A stretch of 64,000 nucleotides of DNA, taken from a virus (Duplodnaviria; Caudoviricetes). Where the stretch lies: IMG/VR virus record IMGVR_UViG_3300021978_000001, positions 373,491 through 437,490 of that record; one strand, 5' to 3'. Below are positions 45,143-54,742 of the stretch, in pieces. Under the pieces are notes generated by a model that made no database searches, was not told the DNA's origin, and was given only the letters and a program-made list of their open reading frames with translations. Positions within the stretch are counted from its first letter, which is position 1; every line of letters begins with the position of its first letter. The position numbers and the translations under genes were made by a program.

Positions 45143-46354
45143 ATGCCCTCTATCCTCGACGATCTCGCGGTCCTGACGCGCTCTGAGGCGCTGGAACAAC
45201 AAGCCACAGGCAACCTGACCAACAAGCAGCTTCAACGCCTCGATAAGAACACGCGCCAAACGCTGTTCAACTCGTGGCGTCGCGTGCGTTCTGACATCAC
45301 CCGCTACGCTGAACTGGTCAGCGATCAGGGGTACTCGTTTAACAGCATCGCGAGCCCGGTGGACCCGGTAGCGCATGCCAAGACACCCTTGCTCCCCCTG
45401 TTCATCCAGATCATCCCGCCCGCGCTCTATCCCACAGGGCAGACGCGGACCGTGGAGATTCCCTCGCCTCAGACAAGCACCACCTCACTCACGGGGTTTC
45501 AGGAGCGCATTCGCCAGCGGAGCTTTAGCCAGGACCCCCTGAACCCAAACTTCACGGGACAGGTCAATACAGTCGATCGTATTGTCGCGGTCACGCCCGA
45601 GGTCAACATCACCGTCGAGGTGCCGGAGCTGACGCCGGACGATGAGGTGAGCCAGATCCAACGTAGCCAGGCGTTCTTGCAGAACACGCAGCAGCGCTAC
45701 CTGGACTTCCAGACCAACCGGCAAGCCTCACAGCGCGCGCTCGAAGACCAACAACCCGTGCGCCTCGATAAGCCCGAGGTCGAGGATACGGTAGGGAAAA
45801 ACGAGGATGTCAAGCGCGCCCGTAAGGAGCGCATCGCGCCGGACCTCGACTCGTTGCGTCAACAGGCCCTCCAGCTTCTTGATTTGCCTCCCTTGCTGAT
45901 GTATGTCAACCCTTCGACCTTCTCCAACACCAAGGAGTTCGTGGTCTCGGATGGGAACCGAACGCGCAATGGTTACTCTGTCGAGTTCTGGGGAGAGACC
46001 ATGCCAAAGCTCTCCATGTCGGGAACCGTTGGCGCGTTCTGGGTAGACACCGAACGCGATGGTGGGGGTGGGCTCGCGGTCCGTGATCGTCTCGGGTCTT
46101 TTGCGTACCAGAACTTCATGCAGCTTTACCAGACGTATCGCAACAACGGATACCTTTACACGCGCCGAAACAACGAAGACGCGATCCGCATCGCAACGGT
46201 GGGTTCGGTCAATCTCTTCTACGACAACACCATCTACACCGGGAGCTTCGATCAGCTCTCGATCACACATTCGGAGGATGCCCCGTTTACTCTGAGTTAT
46301 CAGTTTCAGTTTACCGTGAGATACACACAGCGTTTTCGAGACACAGCCCCATAG
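45143..46354 (+). CDS. putative baseplate/tail tube initiator protein (paralogous C-terminus)
   Basis: MYVNPSTF...RTRNGY.VEFWGE...LSMSGTVGAF...YTGSFDQLSITHSEDAPF. Confidence 0.6.
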   Translation: MPSILDDLAVLTRSEALEQQATGNLTNKQLQRLDKNTRQTLFNSWRRVRSDITRYAELVSDQGYSFNSIASPVDPVAHAKTPLLPLFIQIIPPALYPTGQTRTVEIPSPQTSTTSLTGFQERIRQRSFSQDPLNPNFTGQVNTVDRIVAVTPEVNITVEVPELTPDDEVSQIQRSQAFLQNTQQRYLDFQTNRQASQRALEDQQPVRLDKPEVEDTVGKNEDVKRARKERIAPDLDSLRQQALQLLDLPPLLMYVNPSTFSNTKEFVVSDGNRTRNGYSVEFWGETMPKLSMSGTVGAFWVDTERDGGGGLAVRDRLGSFAYQNFMQLYQTYRNNGYLYTRRNNEDAIRIATVGSVNLFYDNTIYTGSFDQLSITHSEDAPFTLSYQFQFTVRYTQRFRDTAP

Positions 46355-46380
46355 ATTTCCTGTCACCGAGAGGAGCGACC

Positions 46381-46872
46381 ATGCCCCTGTATATTTCGCA
46401 GTCACGCCCTTACGAGCGTGGAGATGTTGTTGTGGTGATTATCCCGGACATGTATGATGAGGATTGGGATGACGTAACGCTCTACCCCTACTGCCGTGTG
46501 TGCATCGGCCAGGTCGAGGGGAGGGAGAACGGACAGGACTTGTACGGGCTCGAAGAGGACTATGATGACCCGTTCATGATCTACAGCTTGAATGAATGGA
46601 TGGTCTTTCACGTGCACCCGGGTTCGTATGGAGGTGAACTGGCTGAATATCACCCCGGGGGAGACCCCTACTCGAATTACGTCACCGAGGAGGATGTCCT
46701 GGGGCGTGTCCCCGAGAGCTTCAAGTCGCGTGATCGAGATGCAATGCACAGCTACTTGAGAGAGATCATCAAGACGCATCGAGACCTCATCGCAGAGTTG
46801 ACCGTCTGGTTGCTCGAAGCGGGACGGGAGAGTCAGGCATACGCCAACGAGCTGGTCAAGGATTACGAGTAA
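46381..46872 (+). CDS. MPx paralog family member 1
   Basis: MPLY start; GAGGAG RBS; aromatic-rich. Confidence 0.65.
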   Translation: MPLYISQSRPYERGDVVVVIIPDMYDEDWDDVTLYPYCRVCIGQVEGRENGQDLYGLEEDYDDPFMIYSLNEWMVFHVHPGSYGGELAEYHPGGDPYSNYVTEEDVLGRVPESFKSRDRDAMHSYLREIIKTHRDLIAELTVWLLEAGRESQAYANELVKDYE

Positions 46873-46892
46873 GCGCACCACGAGATGCAGTC

Positions 46893-47327
46893 ATGAGAGT
46901 TCATACCCACAAGCACACCGACCCTCCCGGGACAACCATGCTCGCGCTCCGCCATGGGGTGCGCATCTACCAGGGCGGGCGCGAGGTGTGGTCCTACACG
47001 TTTATGCTCGGGAGATACTTGCGAACATCGGGTATCACGACCTACCTCGACGTGACATGGCGTGTGTCGCTTTGTGTGTATGGTCCTCATGTGGGGCTGC
47101 CTCAGATGCGACCGTGGCCCGGCGAGGACTATTACTGGCACGATGGCAAGCACTTGAGCCTTGTGTATCCTGGGGACATCGACCTCACCGATCGTATCGG
47201 CGCGCGGCGGCTCGTGAAAGATGCCTTGCCCTTGCTCGAACCTTACCTTATCATGTGTCGAGATAGCTACCTCCAACGCTTGAGTAATTGTGAGGACGAG
47301 GACATGATACCGGATGTGATCGGTTGA
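46893..47327 (+). CDS. MPx paralog family member 2 (start uncertain)
   Basis: C-terminal D....R..V...LP..PY pattern. Confidence 0.55.
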   Translation: MRVHTHKHTDPPGTTMLALRHGVRIYQGGREVWSYTFMLGRYLRTSGITTYLDVTWRVSLCVYGPHVGLPQMRPWPGEDYYWHDGKHLSLVYPGDIDLTDRIGARRLVKDALPLLEPYLIMCRDSYLQRLSNCEDEDMIPDVIG

Positions 47328-47359
47328 TTTACTCTTCTCGATGAATATGTGAGTTGAAT

Positions 47360-47845
47360 ATGCCTCTCCTCGCCAATCTACGCCCCGATAAATTGACCAA
47401 GGGAGACCTGTGCCTGGTCTGGACAGGGATTCGAGAGTATGTCAGCCCGGGGTTCGAGTTGGGGTCACATCCGTCCAATAAGCCATGGGATATGGCTTTG
47501 GCGGTCGGTTCTTTTCAGGACCTCTATGAGTCCCCGTCGGGTATCGCGGGCACCTATCACTTGCATTGCTGCTGGTTCTACACTTACGAAGCAGGGCGTT
47601 GGGGTCCGCTCACGTTTGATACATACTACGAGAGGCTCACGCCCATGACGCGTCGGTTCTTTTACACGACGCGTCATGGTGACATCTGTCACGGGGGCCA
47701 AATACGGGGAGAGCTTGATTGTGATGACCGCTATGCCATGACGCAGTACGTCAAGCAGTGTCTTCCAGTGCTCACGCCCGTGCTCGAAGACAACCTGCGC
47801 TGGCGTTGGGATCTCGGACAAGATCCTGCGGCCTGGAGGTGGTGA
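47360..47845 (+). CDS. MPx paralog family member 3
   Basis: MPLL...KGDLCLV; DDRYAM.QYV.QCLP. Confidence 0.65.
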   Translation: MPLLANLRPDKLTKGDLCLVWTGIREYVSPGFELGSHPSNKPWDMALAVGSFQDLYESPSGIAGTYHLHCCWFYTYEAGRWGPLTFDTYYERLTPMTRRFFYTTRHGDICHGGQIRGELDCDDRYAMTQYVKQCLPVLTPVLEDNLRWRWDLGQDPAAWRW

Positions 47846-47846
47846 T

Positions 47847-48263
47847 ATGCCTCTGTTTTTAAAGCCCACGCCTTCTTATCTCAACACAGACACGTGCCTT
47901 GTGCAGTTCTCTTATGTCCAGGCGACGCGAGATTGGAGTCTGGCTTCGACGTGGTGGGCTTCGTGCGTCATGGGATTTCTCGCGGATTACAAGAGTTGCC
48001 ACGGCGAGCCGATCATCCACGCACGCGCGGAGATCAAATGGCATCTCCACGGGCGCGATTATCCCGGTATCCCCAAGATCGTTTGGTGGTCAGGCTATTC
48101 GGGGGTGGGGCTCGACGCGGAGCGTGCGCAGGCTTGCGTGCTCAACCTGCAACCCGAAGAGATCACGCCCTATGTTCTGAAGCAAATCGCGCCAAAGGTG
48201 GTGGAGCGCTTCCACGAGCTTGCCTGGGAGACACGATACCAGATTAACGCGAGGGTCTACTGA
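47847..48263 (+). CDS. MPx paralog family member 4
   Basis: MPLF; LNLQPEE..PY.LKQ. Confidence 0.65.
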   Translation: MPLFLKPTPSYLNTDTCLVQFSYVQATRDWSLASTWWASCVMGFLADYKSCHGEPIIHARAEIKWHLHGRDYPGIPKIVWWSGYSGVGLDAERAQACVLNLQPEEITPYVLKQIAPKVVERFHELAWETRYQINARVY

Positions 48264-48640
48264 TGCCGTTGTTCAAGACCGTACATAGCAGGGACCACTT
48301 ACGCGAGGGTGACCCCCTGATCCTGTGCAAGTTGAGTTGGACGTGGGATGCGGAGCGCGTTGGGGTGAAGTGCTATGGCTTTTTATTTGCAGGCCACAGG
48401 GCCGGGTCCGAGTTGCGAACCCGGCACACGTTTATTTGGGATCTCGAATCCGAGCGTTGTACTCCCACAACTTCGTATGACCAATCCCTCTTCTCTTTCC
48501 ACCTGTCTGGGTGGCACGTGTACCTGACGGACGCAGAATGGGAGGATGAATACGCGGTCAGACAAGTCTGTCAACAACTCGTACCTTACTGCCAGGAAAG
48601 GATTATCGAACATTACTGGCGATACGCGGGAAGAGACTGA
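48263..48640 (+). CDS. MPx paralog family member 5
   Basis: MPLF...LREGDPLIL; HVYLTDAEWEDEYAVRQVCQQLVPYCQE. Confidence 0.7.
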   Translation: MPLFKTVHSRDHLREGDPLILCKLSWTWDAERVGVKCYGFLFAGHRAGSELRTRHTFIWDLESERCTPTTSYDQSLFSFHLSGWHVYLTDAEWEDEYAVRQVCQQLVPYCQERIIEHYWRYAGRD

Positions 48641-49080
48641 TGCCACTACTTACACGCATACGTGAGCATGACCGCTTGCGTGGGGGTGAGCGAATCATCA
48701 CTTGCCGTTTCTATTGGTCTGCGGGTAAGGTACCTGGAGGGGCCTTTTTTGTGGGCACGCACAAGGCCCCTTTCAAGACCAGCGCTTCTGTGACAGGGAG
48801 ATCTTTAGCCCGGGTGGCCACAGAGCATAAATTCACATGGGATCTTTGCTCGGACAGATGTAAGCCTTCCGCGCCCTCTCCTGGCACCCAAACACCCACG
48901 CAGTTCACGGGAAAGGATGAAGCGATCTTTGGCAGTCAGTTGATCTGGCGCGTTCATGTAACCCCGACAGAGTGGGAAGACCCTTACACCATGCGGCAAA
49001 TATGCCAAAAGCTCGTGCCCTATTGTCAGGAGGTCGTGGTGGATTACTACTATCTCTACAACCTCTTGTCGAGGGACTGA
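48640..49080 (+). CDS. MPx paralog family member 6
   Basis: MPLL...LRGGERII; VHVTPTEWEDPYTMRQICQKLVPYCQE. Confidence 0.7.
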   Translation: MPLLTRIREHDRLRGGERIITCRFYWSAGKVPGGAFFVGTHKAPFKTSASVTGRSLARVATEHKFTWDLCSDRCKPSAPSPGTQTPTQFTGKDEAIFGSQLIWRVHVTPTEWEDPYTMRQICQKLVPYCQEVVVDYYYLYNLLSRD

Positions 49081-49511
49081 TGCCCAAAGCCTACGCCATA
49101 CGCCGTTGCCCCTTCGAGGGTGACGTGATCTTGAAGTTCAACAAGACCACGCAGTTCAAGGGTGATCCAGGGTCGCGCGCGAGCATGTGGCATGAACCCG
49201 AAGGCGCGCTGTCCTATTGGGGGGAGTTTGACCTCGGGTATGTCAAGGACGGTGAGGTCAACTGGGATTACGTCGTGTATCGTTCCGTAAATGGTATCGG
49301 CTTGCGCGTGTTTTCTACCTGGCCCTACACGTCTCACGCGCACAAGCTCGACCCCGCATGTTGTTTCTTGCTCCCTGTGCCTTTCACGTTATTCCAGGAT
49401 CACGTCGCGGGGAGAGAATACCTACGCCCTGTGGTGGATGTTTTTCTTGAGGACATGCGCACATCGTGGTATCACCTCGCGGGTACAGGATACTACACCA
49501 ACCAGGAGTGA
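49080..49511 (+). CDS. MPx paralog family member 7
   Basis: TGATG overlap; MPKA...EGDVIL. Confidence 0.6.
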   Translation: MPKAYAIRRCPFEGDVILKFNKTTQFKGDPGSRASMWHEPEGALSYWGEFDLGYVKDGEVNWDYVVYRSVNGIGLRVFSTWPYTSHAHKLDPACCFLLPVPFTLFQDHVAGREYLRPVVDVFLEDMRTSWYHLAGTGYYTNQE

Positions 49512-49513
49512 GC

Positions 49514-49927
49514 ATGCCTGTGTTTCAAGGCATACAGGACGCGTGTAAGATGCGTGTGGGGGACACGGTGATCTACCTGGATGACTTCTGGCCCCCGGAC
49601 ACCGTTGCAGGCAGCAACGGGCACTACCTCGTGTGCCTGGAGGTCGCCAAGATAAAGCCCGGGCGCCACAGGGGGATCTGGCACCTCGTGGAGCCTTTGG
49701 CGCGCGTGACCTATTACATCGGACGCTACGATGTGAACCACATGAGCTTTCAAGGGCAGGAACACGAATATGCTCAGGTCATGGTGGTCGGCCACGCGCG
49801 CGAGGTCCTCAAGGTTCACCTCACACCAGAAGAGATATGGGATCGCGCGAGCTTCATGCCGTTCTTTCGGCAATGTCAGCCCTACTTCGATGACCTCGGT
49901 ATGACATGGTGGCTTGAGAATTACTAA
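49514..49927 (+). CDS. MPx paralog family member 8
   Basis: MPVF...MRVGDTVIY; KVHLTPEEIWD...QPYF. Confidence 0.65.
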   Translation: MPVFQGIQDACKMRVGDTVIYLDDFWPPDTVAGSNGHYLVCLEVAKIKPGRHRGIWHLVEPLARVTYYIGRYDVNHMSFQGQEHEYAQVMVVGHAREVLKVHLTPEEIWDRASFMPFFRQCQPYFDDLGMTWWLENY

Positions 49928-49942
49928 GGGCAGGAAGACGAG

Positions 49943-50383
49943 ATGCCGTTGATCAGTGGAGTCAAGAGTTACAAGCCCCTGGAGGTGGGAGGCGTCTACC
50001 TGCGTCTCGATGAGTTGTTTGGACCTGTACCCTGGGAAGGTTTCTCTTACAAGAAGCCTGAGTTTGATGGTTACCTCATCCGTTTGTTCATCGTCGAGAT
50101 CCTCCCCGGGACAAGAGACGGATACCAACGCTGCCGGAACCTCTGTTGGGTGTACAACTATCTCGGTTCCTATGAACTCCAGTACACATGCTTTCACACC
50201 CCAGAGACCTACCAGGAGTACGAGGACACCTTCATGGTGTGGGATCACAAGCAAGTGCTCAGGCTTCACATCACTCCCGAAGAGGCGCTCGACGAGACCT
50301 TCTGTAAGCAATGCGTGCGCCACACTCTGCCCTACTTCGAGGAGTTCGCGTTGCTCTGGCGCTACCTTTACGATAAAGAATAA
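49943..50383 (+). CDS. MPx paralog family member 9
   Basis: MPLI...LEVGGVYL; RLHITPEEALD...LPYFEE. Confidence 0.65.
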   Translation: MPLISGVKSYKPLEVGGVYLRLDELFGPVPWEGFSYKKPEFDGYLIRLFIVEILPGTRDGYQRCRNLCWVYNYLGSYELQYTCFHTPETYQEYEDTFMVWDHKQVLRLHITPEEALDETFCKQCVRHTLPYFEEFALLWRYLYDKE

Positions 50384-50384
50384 C

Positions 50385-50413
50385 TTGACCGCTTGCCGGG
50401 TTTGCTATACCCT
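50385..50413 (+). promoter_or_regulatory. sigma70-like promoter
   Basis: TTGACC-N17-TACCCT, same -10 as CRISPR promoter copy 1. Confidence 0.6.
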
Positions 50414-50448
50414 GGCGTATCCCAAGCGACACAGACAAGACGGAGAAG

Positions 50449-50916
50449 ATGATGTCCACCGCCCGCAAGCCTCAAGCAAAGCCTACACCCTGGTGCCTCT
50501 ACCTCGATGACGAGCGCTTCCCCAAGACTGATCGTGATTGGGTTATCGTGCGCAACTACGAGCAGTTTGTGGCAGCGGTGGAGGAACGTGGATTCCCTGC
50601 GGTCGTGAGCTTCGACCATGACCTCGGAGAAGATGAGCGAGGTTCGGAGACGCCTTCGGGGAACACCTGCGCGAAGTGGTTGACGGCGCTCGGTCGAAAG
50701 CTCGGTATCAACCCGCATGATGTCGAATGGAACGTGCATTCCGCGAACATGTCGGGCCAGAGGAACATCCGCGACGAGATGATCGGGTGGGAGCAGGATT
50801 GGGATCTCCCCGAGGACCGTGTGAAGTTCGAGGGCTCGCTCGAAGACTACTTCGCGTCTTTGGACGAGAACCAGGACGAGAACCGGGACGAGGACCACGG
50901 AAGCGAAGAGGAGTGA
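50449..50916 (+). CDS. cyclic-phosphate-processing receiver-domain protein
   Basis: LYLDDER.P, VSFDHDLG, VHSAN..G motifs. Confidence 0.8.
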   Translation: MMSTARKPQAKPTPWCLYLDDERFPKTDRDWVIVRNYEQFVAAVEERGFPAVVSFDHDLGEDERGSETPSGNTCAKWLTALGRKLGINPHDVEWNVHSANMSGQRNIRDEMIGWEQDWDLPEDRVKFEGSLEDYFASLDENQDENRDEDHGSEEE

Positions 50917-50918
50917 AC

Positions 50919-51098
50919 GTGTTGGCTGCGCTTTGGTCGGGCGTGGTCGCGCGTCCCTTCAGTTCCCTGATCCTCGTGCTGTTCCTTTGCAACGTGCTCT
51001 GGCATGCCGGTCAGGGCAAACACGGAAGCGCGCTGTACTGGTTGTGCAGCGCGCTTCTTATTATCGCCGTCGAGTGGGTCATTCCTCGTTATGGCTAG
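50919..51098 (+). CDS. small 2-TM membrane protein
   Basis: GAGGAG RBS, GTG start; two hydrophobic segments. Confidence 0.5.
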   Translation: MLAALWSGVVARPFSSLILVLFLCNVLWHAGQGKHGSALYWLCSALLIIAVEWVIPRYG

Positions 51099-51102
51099 GC
51101 GA

Positions 51103-52074
51103 TCAGGCAGCGTACTTGTACCTCCAGGCATCACGAACCTTTCGGACCTTGCCTAGATAGATCAAGCGGTGCAGGTGAGGTATCGACCCCGCTTCCTTGA
51201 TGAGGGTCGCCGCGATATACTTGGCTTTCTCCATTTTCTTGACCAGCTCGACTTGCTCTTCGAGATAAGCCTTTACACGTGCCACCCCTCCACGCATTCC
51301 ATACACCCGTGAGCCTTCACTGGTGTAATGGCTATCGTAGATCTTTGCACACGCCGCCACGACTCCGCTCGGGTGATAGATCGCTTCGCTATCGGTGTAG
51401 GCGCTGTTCTGCTTACGATACTTCCCTGTCGGGTCATTAAAGATCTTGACATAGTTGGACCCCAGCCTGTCTTCCTCGAACGAGATGCGTAGGCTCTTGT
51501 CCAGGTGAATCGAGGTGTAGATCGAGTCGATCACATCATAGGGCTCGGGGAAGCACTGGCGGGGGTATTGATCGCGCACGGACGGGATAATATCGAGCGC
51601 CTTCAACGCATCGAAGAGCGCCTCTATCCGTTGGAGTTGTTGCACGTCAGAGGGATACATGGGCTCCCAAAAGGAGGTAGCCTCCAGCTTCTCACGCAAG
51701 GCCGCTTCGACTTCCGGGTGCCACTTGTGGGGAATCAGCGAGGGCTTCGTGTAGCTGACTTTGATTTCAACCAGAAACGCCAAACTGGGGGACTCGACGG
51801 ACGCACGTTGACGATGAAACTCAACCTGTGGCCCTCGCTCGGGGTGGTCTCCTATCCCCTCGAACGCTTCCCTGAACATGGGCTCAATGATCTCAAGGAG
51901 CTTGTCAGGAAGCAGAGGTTGGTATCCGTGCTCGTGCGCTTCTCGGGGTGGCGCCAACAGCACGAGGTATTTGTACGTCTGCGAGTAGTCCCTCTTGTCT
52001 TCTCGGGGGTGACGAATGTCCTTGGTGTGAGTGGACGCGCGCTTGAGTGATGTGGTCGGAAACAGAATAGGCAT
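51103..52074 (-). CDS. hypothetical protein, paralog of 53137..54084
   Basis: AAGGA RBS; KRDYS and HP.R motifs shared. Confidence 0.65.
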   Translation of the reverse strand: MPILFPTTSLKRASTHTKDIRHPREDKRDYSQTYKYLVLLAPPREAHEHGYQPLLPDKLLEIIEPMFREAFEGIGDHPERGPQVEFHRQRASVESPSLAFLVEIKVSYTKPSLIPHKWHPEVEAALREKLEATSFWEPMYPSDVQQLQRIEALFDALKALDIIPSVRDQYPRQCFPEPYDVIDSIYTSIHLDKSLRISFEEDRLGSNYVKIFNDPTGKYRKQNSAYTDSEAIYHPSGVVAACAKIYDSHYTSEGSRVYGMRGGVARVKAYLEEQVELVKKMEKAKYIAATLIKEAGSIPHLHRLIYLGKVRKVRDAWRYKYAA

Positions 52075-52125
52075 GAGTATCCTTGAGGCAAAAGTCCTAA
52101 ACACCCTGGAGTATACCCCATCCTC

Positions 52126-53133
52126 CTACTCGGTGTCTATTCTCTCTTCGCCATAAGCACGTAACTTTTCCTGATACTCTTGACGCGTCCCCGTAAAGTA
52201 ATAAGGGCAGATGGTTTCGAGCGCCATGGCCATCCAATAGTCCCAGAGGGTGTCCTGAACCTTCTGCAACCTCCTCGCTATGGGGAAGTCCTCGGGCATC
52301 GTGTGTGTGAGCGCGACCGAGATGCTCGCGATAAGATTGGGCATGGGAAAGGCAATCAACGGGTGTAGCGAGGGCTTGTAGAGCCCCTGGAGGTGGAACA
52401 ACAGTTGGAACCCCACGTGATGCGCGTGTTCATCGAGGAAGTAATGCTCGGGCTCACGAGGAGGCAAGGGAACAGCGTTGTACTCCTCATGCCATTCGGG
52501 CGACATGGCGGTCGCGCGCTTGCCTAAAGAGACACGCTCTTCTCTATAATCGGTATCTGTAGCGCGAGGCTGTAAGCGTTGATAATGGAAGATCAACGCT
52601 GTGCGCTCGACTTGGGTGAGCGAAACCTGACCCTGTTCGAGAAGCTGTAAACCCTTCCTCCCTATGCGTTGCCCGTGCGGGTAGTATTCGTGCGCGACAC
52701 GTTCCATGTGCTCAAAGAAGGGCCTGGCTTGCCACTTGAGGAACGCCATATCCACATCGTACAGGAGCGCGCGTCCAACACGTGCAGTATAGCTCTGGTC
52801 TTCGGGGTCTCCGCTGGCAGACCAGAAGGCTTCACCATCCATGAGCCATTCCATCGGCGCTTCGACATGCCCGGAGGAACGATTGGTGTTGTTATAGCGC
52901 GTGGCCCAACCATTCGCGTTCCCGGGATAGTGCAGTTGTCCCCGTCTCCAGTAGACATAGGGTGCCCAGGTGTAGGGGTCCTTGAGGAGCGGGATCTTTT
53001 GCTGCGCATAGTCACGCATGGCCTCGAACGCGTCCAGGGACCGCGCGAGCACCAGGAAACGCATGACCTGATGCACATCACCGCGTTCCGTGCTCGCGCG
53101 AAGGTTGCCCCACATCTTGGAGGGATCTTTCAT
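52126..53133 (-). CDS. hypothetical protein (WGNLRAS N-terminus)
   Basis: 335-aa ORF packed between neighbours. Confidence 0.65.
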   Translation of the reverse strand: MKDPSKMWGNLRASTERGDVHQVMRFLVLARSLDAFEAMRDYAQQKIPLLKDPYTWAPYVYWRRGQLHYPGNANGWATRYNNTNRSSGHVEAPMEWLMDGEAFWSASGDPEDQSYTARVGRALLYDVDMAFLKWQARPFFEHMERVAHEYYPHGQRIGRKGLQLLEQGQVSLTQVERTALIFHYQRLQPRATDTDYREERVSLGKRATAMSPEWHEEYNAVPLPPREPEHYFLDEHAHHVGFQLLFHLQGLYKPSLHPLIAFPMPNLIASISVALTHTMPEDFPIARRLQKVQDTLWDYWMAMALETICPYYFTGTRQEYQEKLRAYGEERIDTE

Positions 53134-53136
53134 GGG

Positions 53137-54084
53137 TTATTCTGCCACGTTGACGTCACTGGAGTGGATTTCGTAGGACTTGATGGCGAGCTGGCGCCAC
53201 CGGAACCCGAGCATACTGTAGAGCTGGGAGAGCGTCAAGCCTTCTGCCTTCGCGATGCGCGCGATACGCTCCAGGCGCCTTTGTGCTTCGGCCAGCGTCT
53301 TGAGGTAACGGCTCATGCGCTCATGCTTCCTTTGGTGGTGTTGGATGGTCACATGAGACGAAGATGTAGACGCGGACACGTAGCTCTCGAAGTAAGCGCC
53401 CTCATCGAGCTTGGTGGTGTGTTCGTTCATCTCGCGGATGCCGTAATCATCCGGGGTCTCTCGGAGCGTGAGCTTCGCGTACAGCTCCCTGTGCCATTCC
53501 CCATCGAGGTTGAACTGATAGGTCAGTTCGAGCTTCTTCGTGTCCCAACTGCGGCTCAGAGACGCCCCGAGCATGCCATATGCAGGATGAAGCGCGCCGA
53601 TGTTCGGAGAGGTGTCGAGCGCGTCTCTAACCTCGGGGTCGTGCGGCATCGTGGCGATCTCGCTCAACATGGCTTCCACGCCTTCCACAGCGCTTTTGTA
53701 GGCGTCGCCCGAGGTCCAGGTCACGCTCTCTCGAAGTTCCGCTTCTACGCCTTCGAGCGAGACGTCTTCGAGGATGTCACTCGGTTTCGCGAAGGGAATC
53801 ACCACTTGCACGGCCACCTCATAGCCTTCCCGGTGGAACAAACGCGAAGGGTCGTGTGTGGAGACCTTCACGCTGCGGTCAGGGTGTGTCGCGAGCGGCT
53901 CGAAGACCTTGTAAACGGCATCGGCCACCTCGTCACGCATCCAGTCGAGGAACAGGATGAAATGGTTGCCAGGGGCCTCGTGCGTGACCTTGAACCGCAC
54001 GGTCGTGGAGTAGTCGCGCTTCTCGGGGTCCCTGGCGCGGTAGTTCTTCGTTTCGGTGTTCGTCGTTTCGATGGAGAGGGTCAT
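53137..54084 (-). CDS. hypothetical protein, paralog of 51103..52074
   Basis: AGGA RBS; KRDYS and HP.R motifs. Confidence 0.65.
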   Translation of the reverse strand: MTLSIETTNTETKNYRARDPEKRDYSTTVRFKVTHEAPGNHFILFLDWMRDEVADAVYKVFEPLATHPDRSVKVSTHDPSRLFHREGYEVAVQVVIPFAKPSDILEDVSLEGVEAELRESVTWTSGDAYKSAVEGVEAMLSEIATMPHDPEVRDALDTSPNIGALHPAYGMLGASLSRSWDTKKLELTYQFNLDGEWHRELYAKLTLRETPDDYGIREMNEHTTKLDEGAYFESYVSASTSSSHVTIQHHQRKHERMSRYLKTLAEAQRRLERIARIAKAEGLTLSQLYSMLGFRWRQLAIKSYEIHSSDVNVAE

Positions 54085-54168
54085 GGTACTTCCTATACGC
54101 TTGATGTGCTTTATGTCGTGAAGGGGAGCCCCCATCGAAGGAGGCTCCCCTTGTGTGTGAAGAGAGGT

Positions 54169-54597
54169 TCAGAACTCGCGAGAGAGTTGGCTCTCGAACC
54201 AGCACTCTTGTGGCACGAACCATTCGATGTAGACGCCTTCGCGGGTCGCGGAGAAGGCTGGGTGCACGAAGTCGATGTCCTCGTGCTTTTCCTCGGGATG
54301 GAACAGGCTGCGCCCGATGCTCTCCAGGTGTGCCTGGACTTGCTTGAAGCGCTTGATGGTGGCCTGTACCTGTGGCAGCTCCAGCATGACCGCTTCGAGC
54401 TTGGCGCGCATCTCCTCATCGAGTTCGACGTCGATGGGGAAGATCTCCTCGTTTTGCCACCAGTCGGGAGCGGTCTTGATGCTCTCGGGGAGACCGACCG
54501 TTTCCGGTGCGATGACGACAAACTGTGCCGTCCCTTCCTGTCCCGTGATGTGGCTCTGAACGTTGACCGTACCTTGCTTGATGATTTGCGTCGTCAT
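54169..54597 (-). CDS. hypothetical protein
   Basis: AAGGA RBS; first gene after class I promoter. Confidence 0.7.
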   Translation of the reverse strand: MTTQIIKQGTVNVQSHITGQEGTAQFVVIAPETVGLPESIKTAPDWWQNEEIFPIDVELDEEMRAKLEAVMLELPQVQATIKRFKQVQAHLESIGRSLFHPEEKHEDIDFVHPAFSATREGVYIEWFVPQECWFESQLSREF

Positions 54598-54653
54598 GGT
54601 GTCACTTCCTTATCTCTTGTCCGTTGTGTTGTCGTCTTTCGCTCCGTACACCT

Positions 54654-54683
54654 ACTGATACCACAAGGCATAAGGGGCGTAAA
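54654..54683 (-). promoter_or_regulatory. recurrent phage promoter class I
   Basis: TTTACG-N17(...CCTTGTGG)-TATCAGT. Confidence 0.8.
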
Positions 54684-54742
54684 AGATAAAGTTCTTGTTT
54701 TTTGTAAGTCCTTGAGAAAGGGCCAGGAGAGAGGAGAGGCGA

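Noticed and set aside
46381-50383. Diversity-generating retroelement as the source of paralog diversity
   Set aside because: No reverse transcriptase and no TR/VR pair seen. The only ~100-bp near-duplicate (CRISPR leaders) differs at non-adenine-specific positions.
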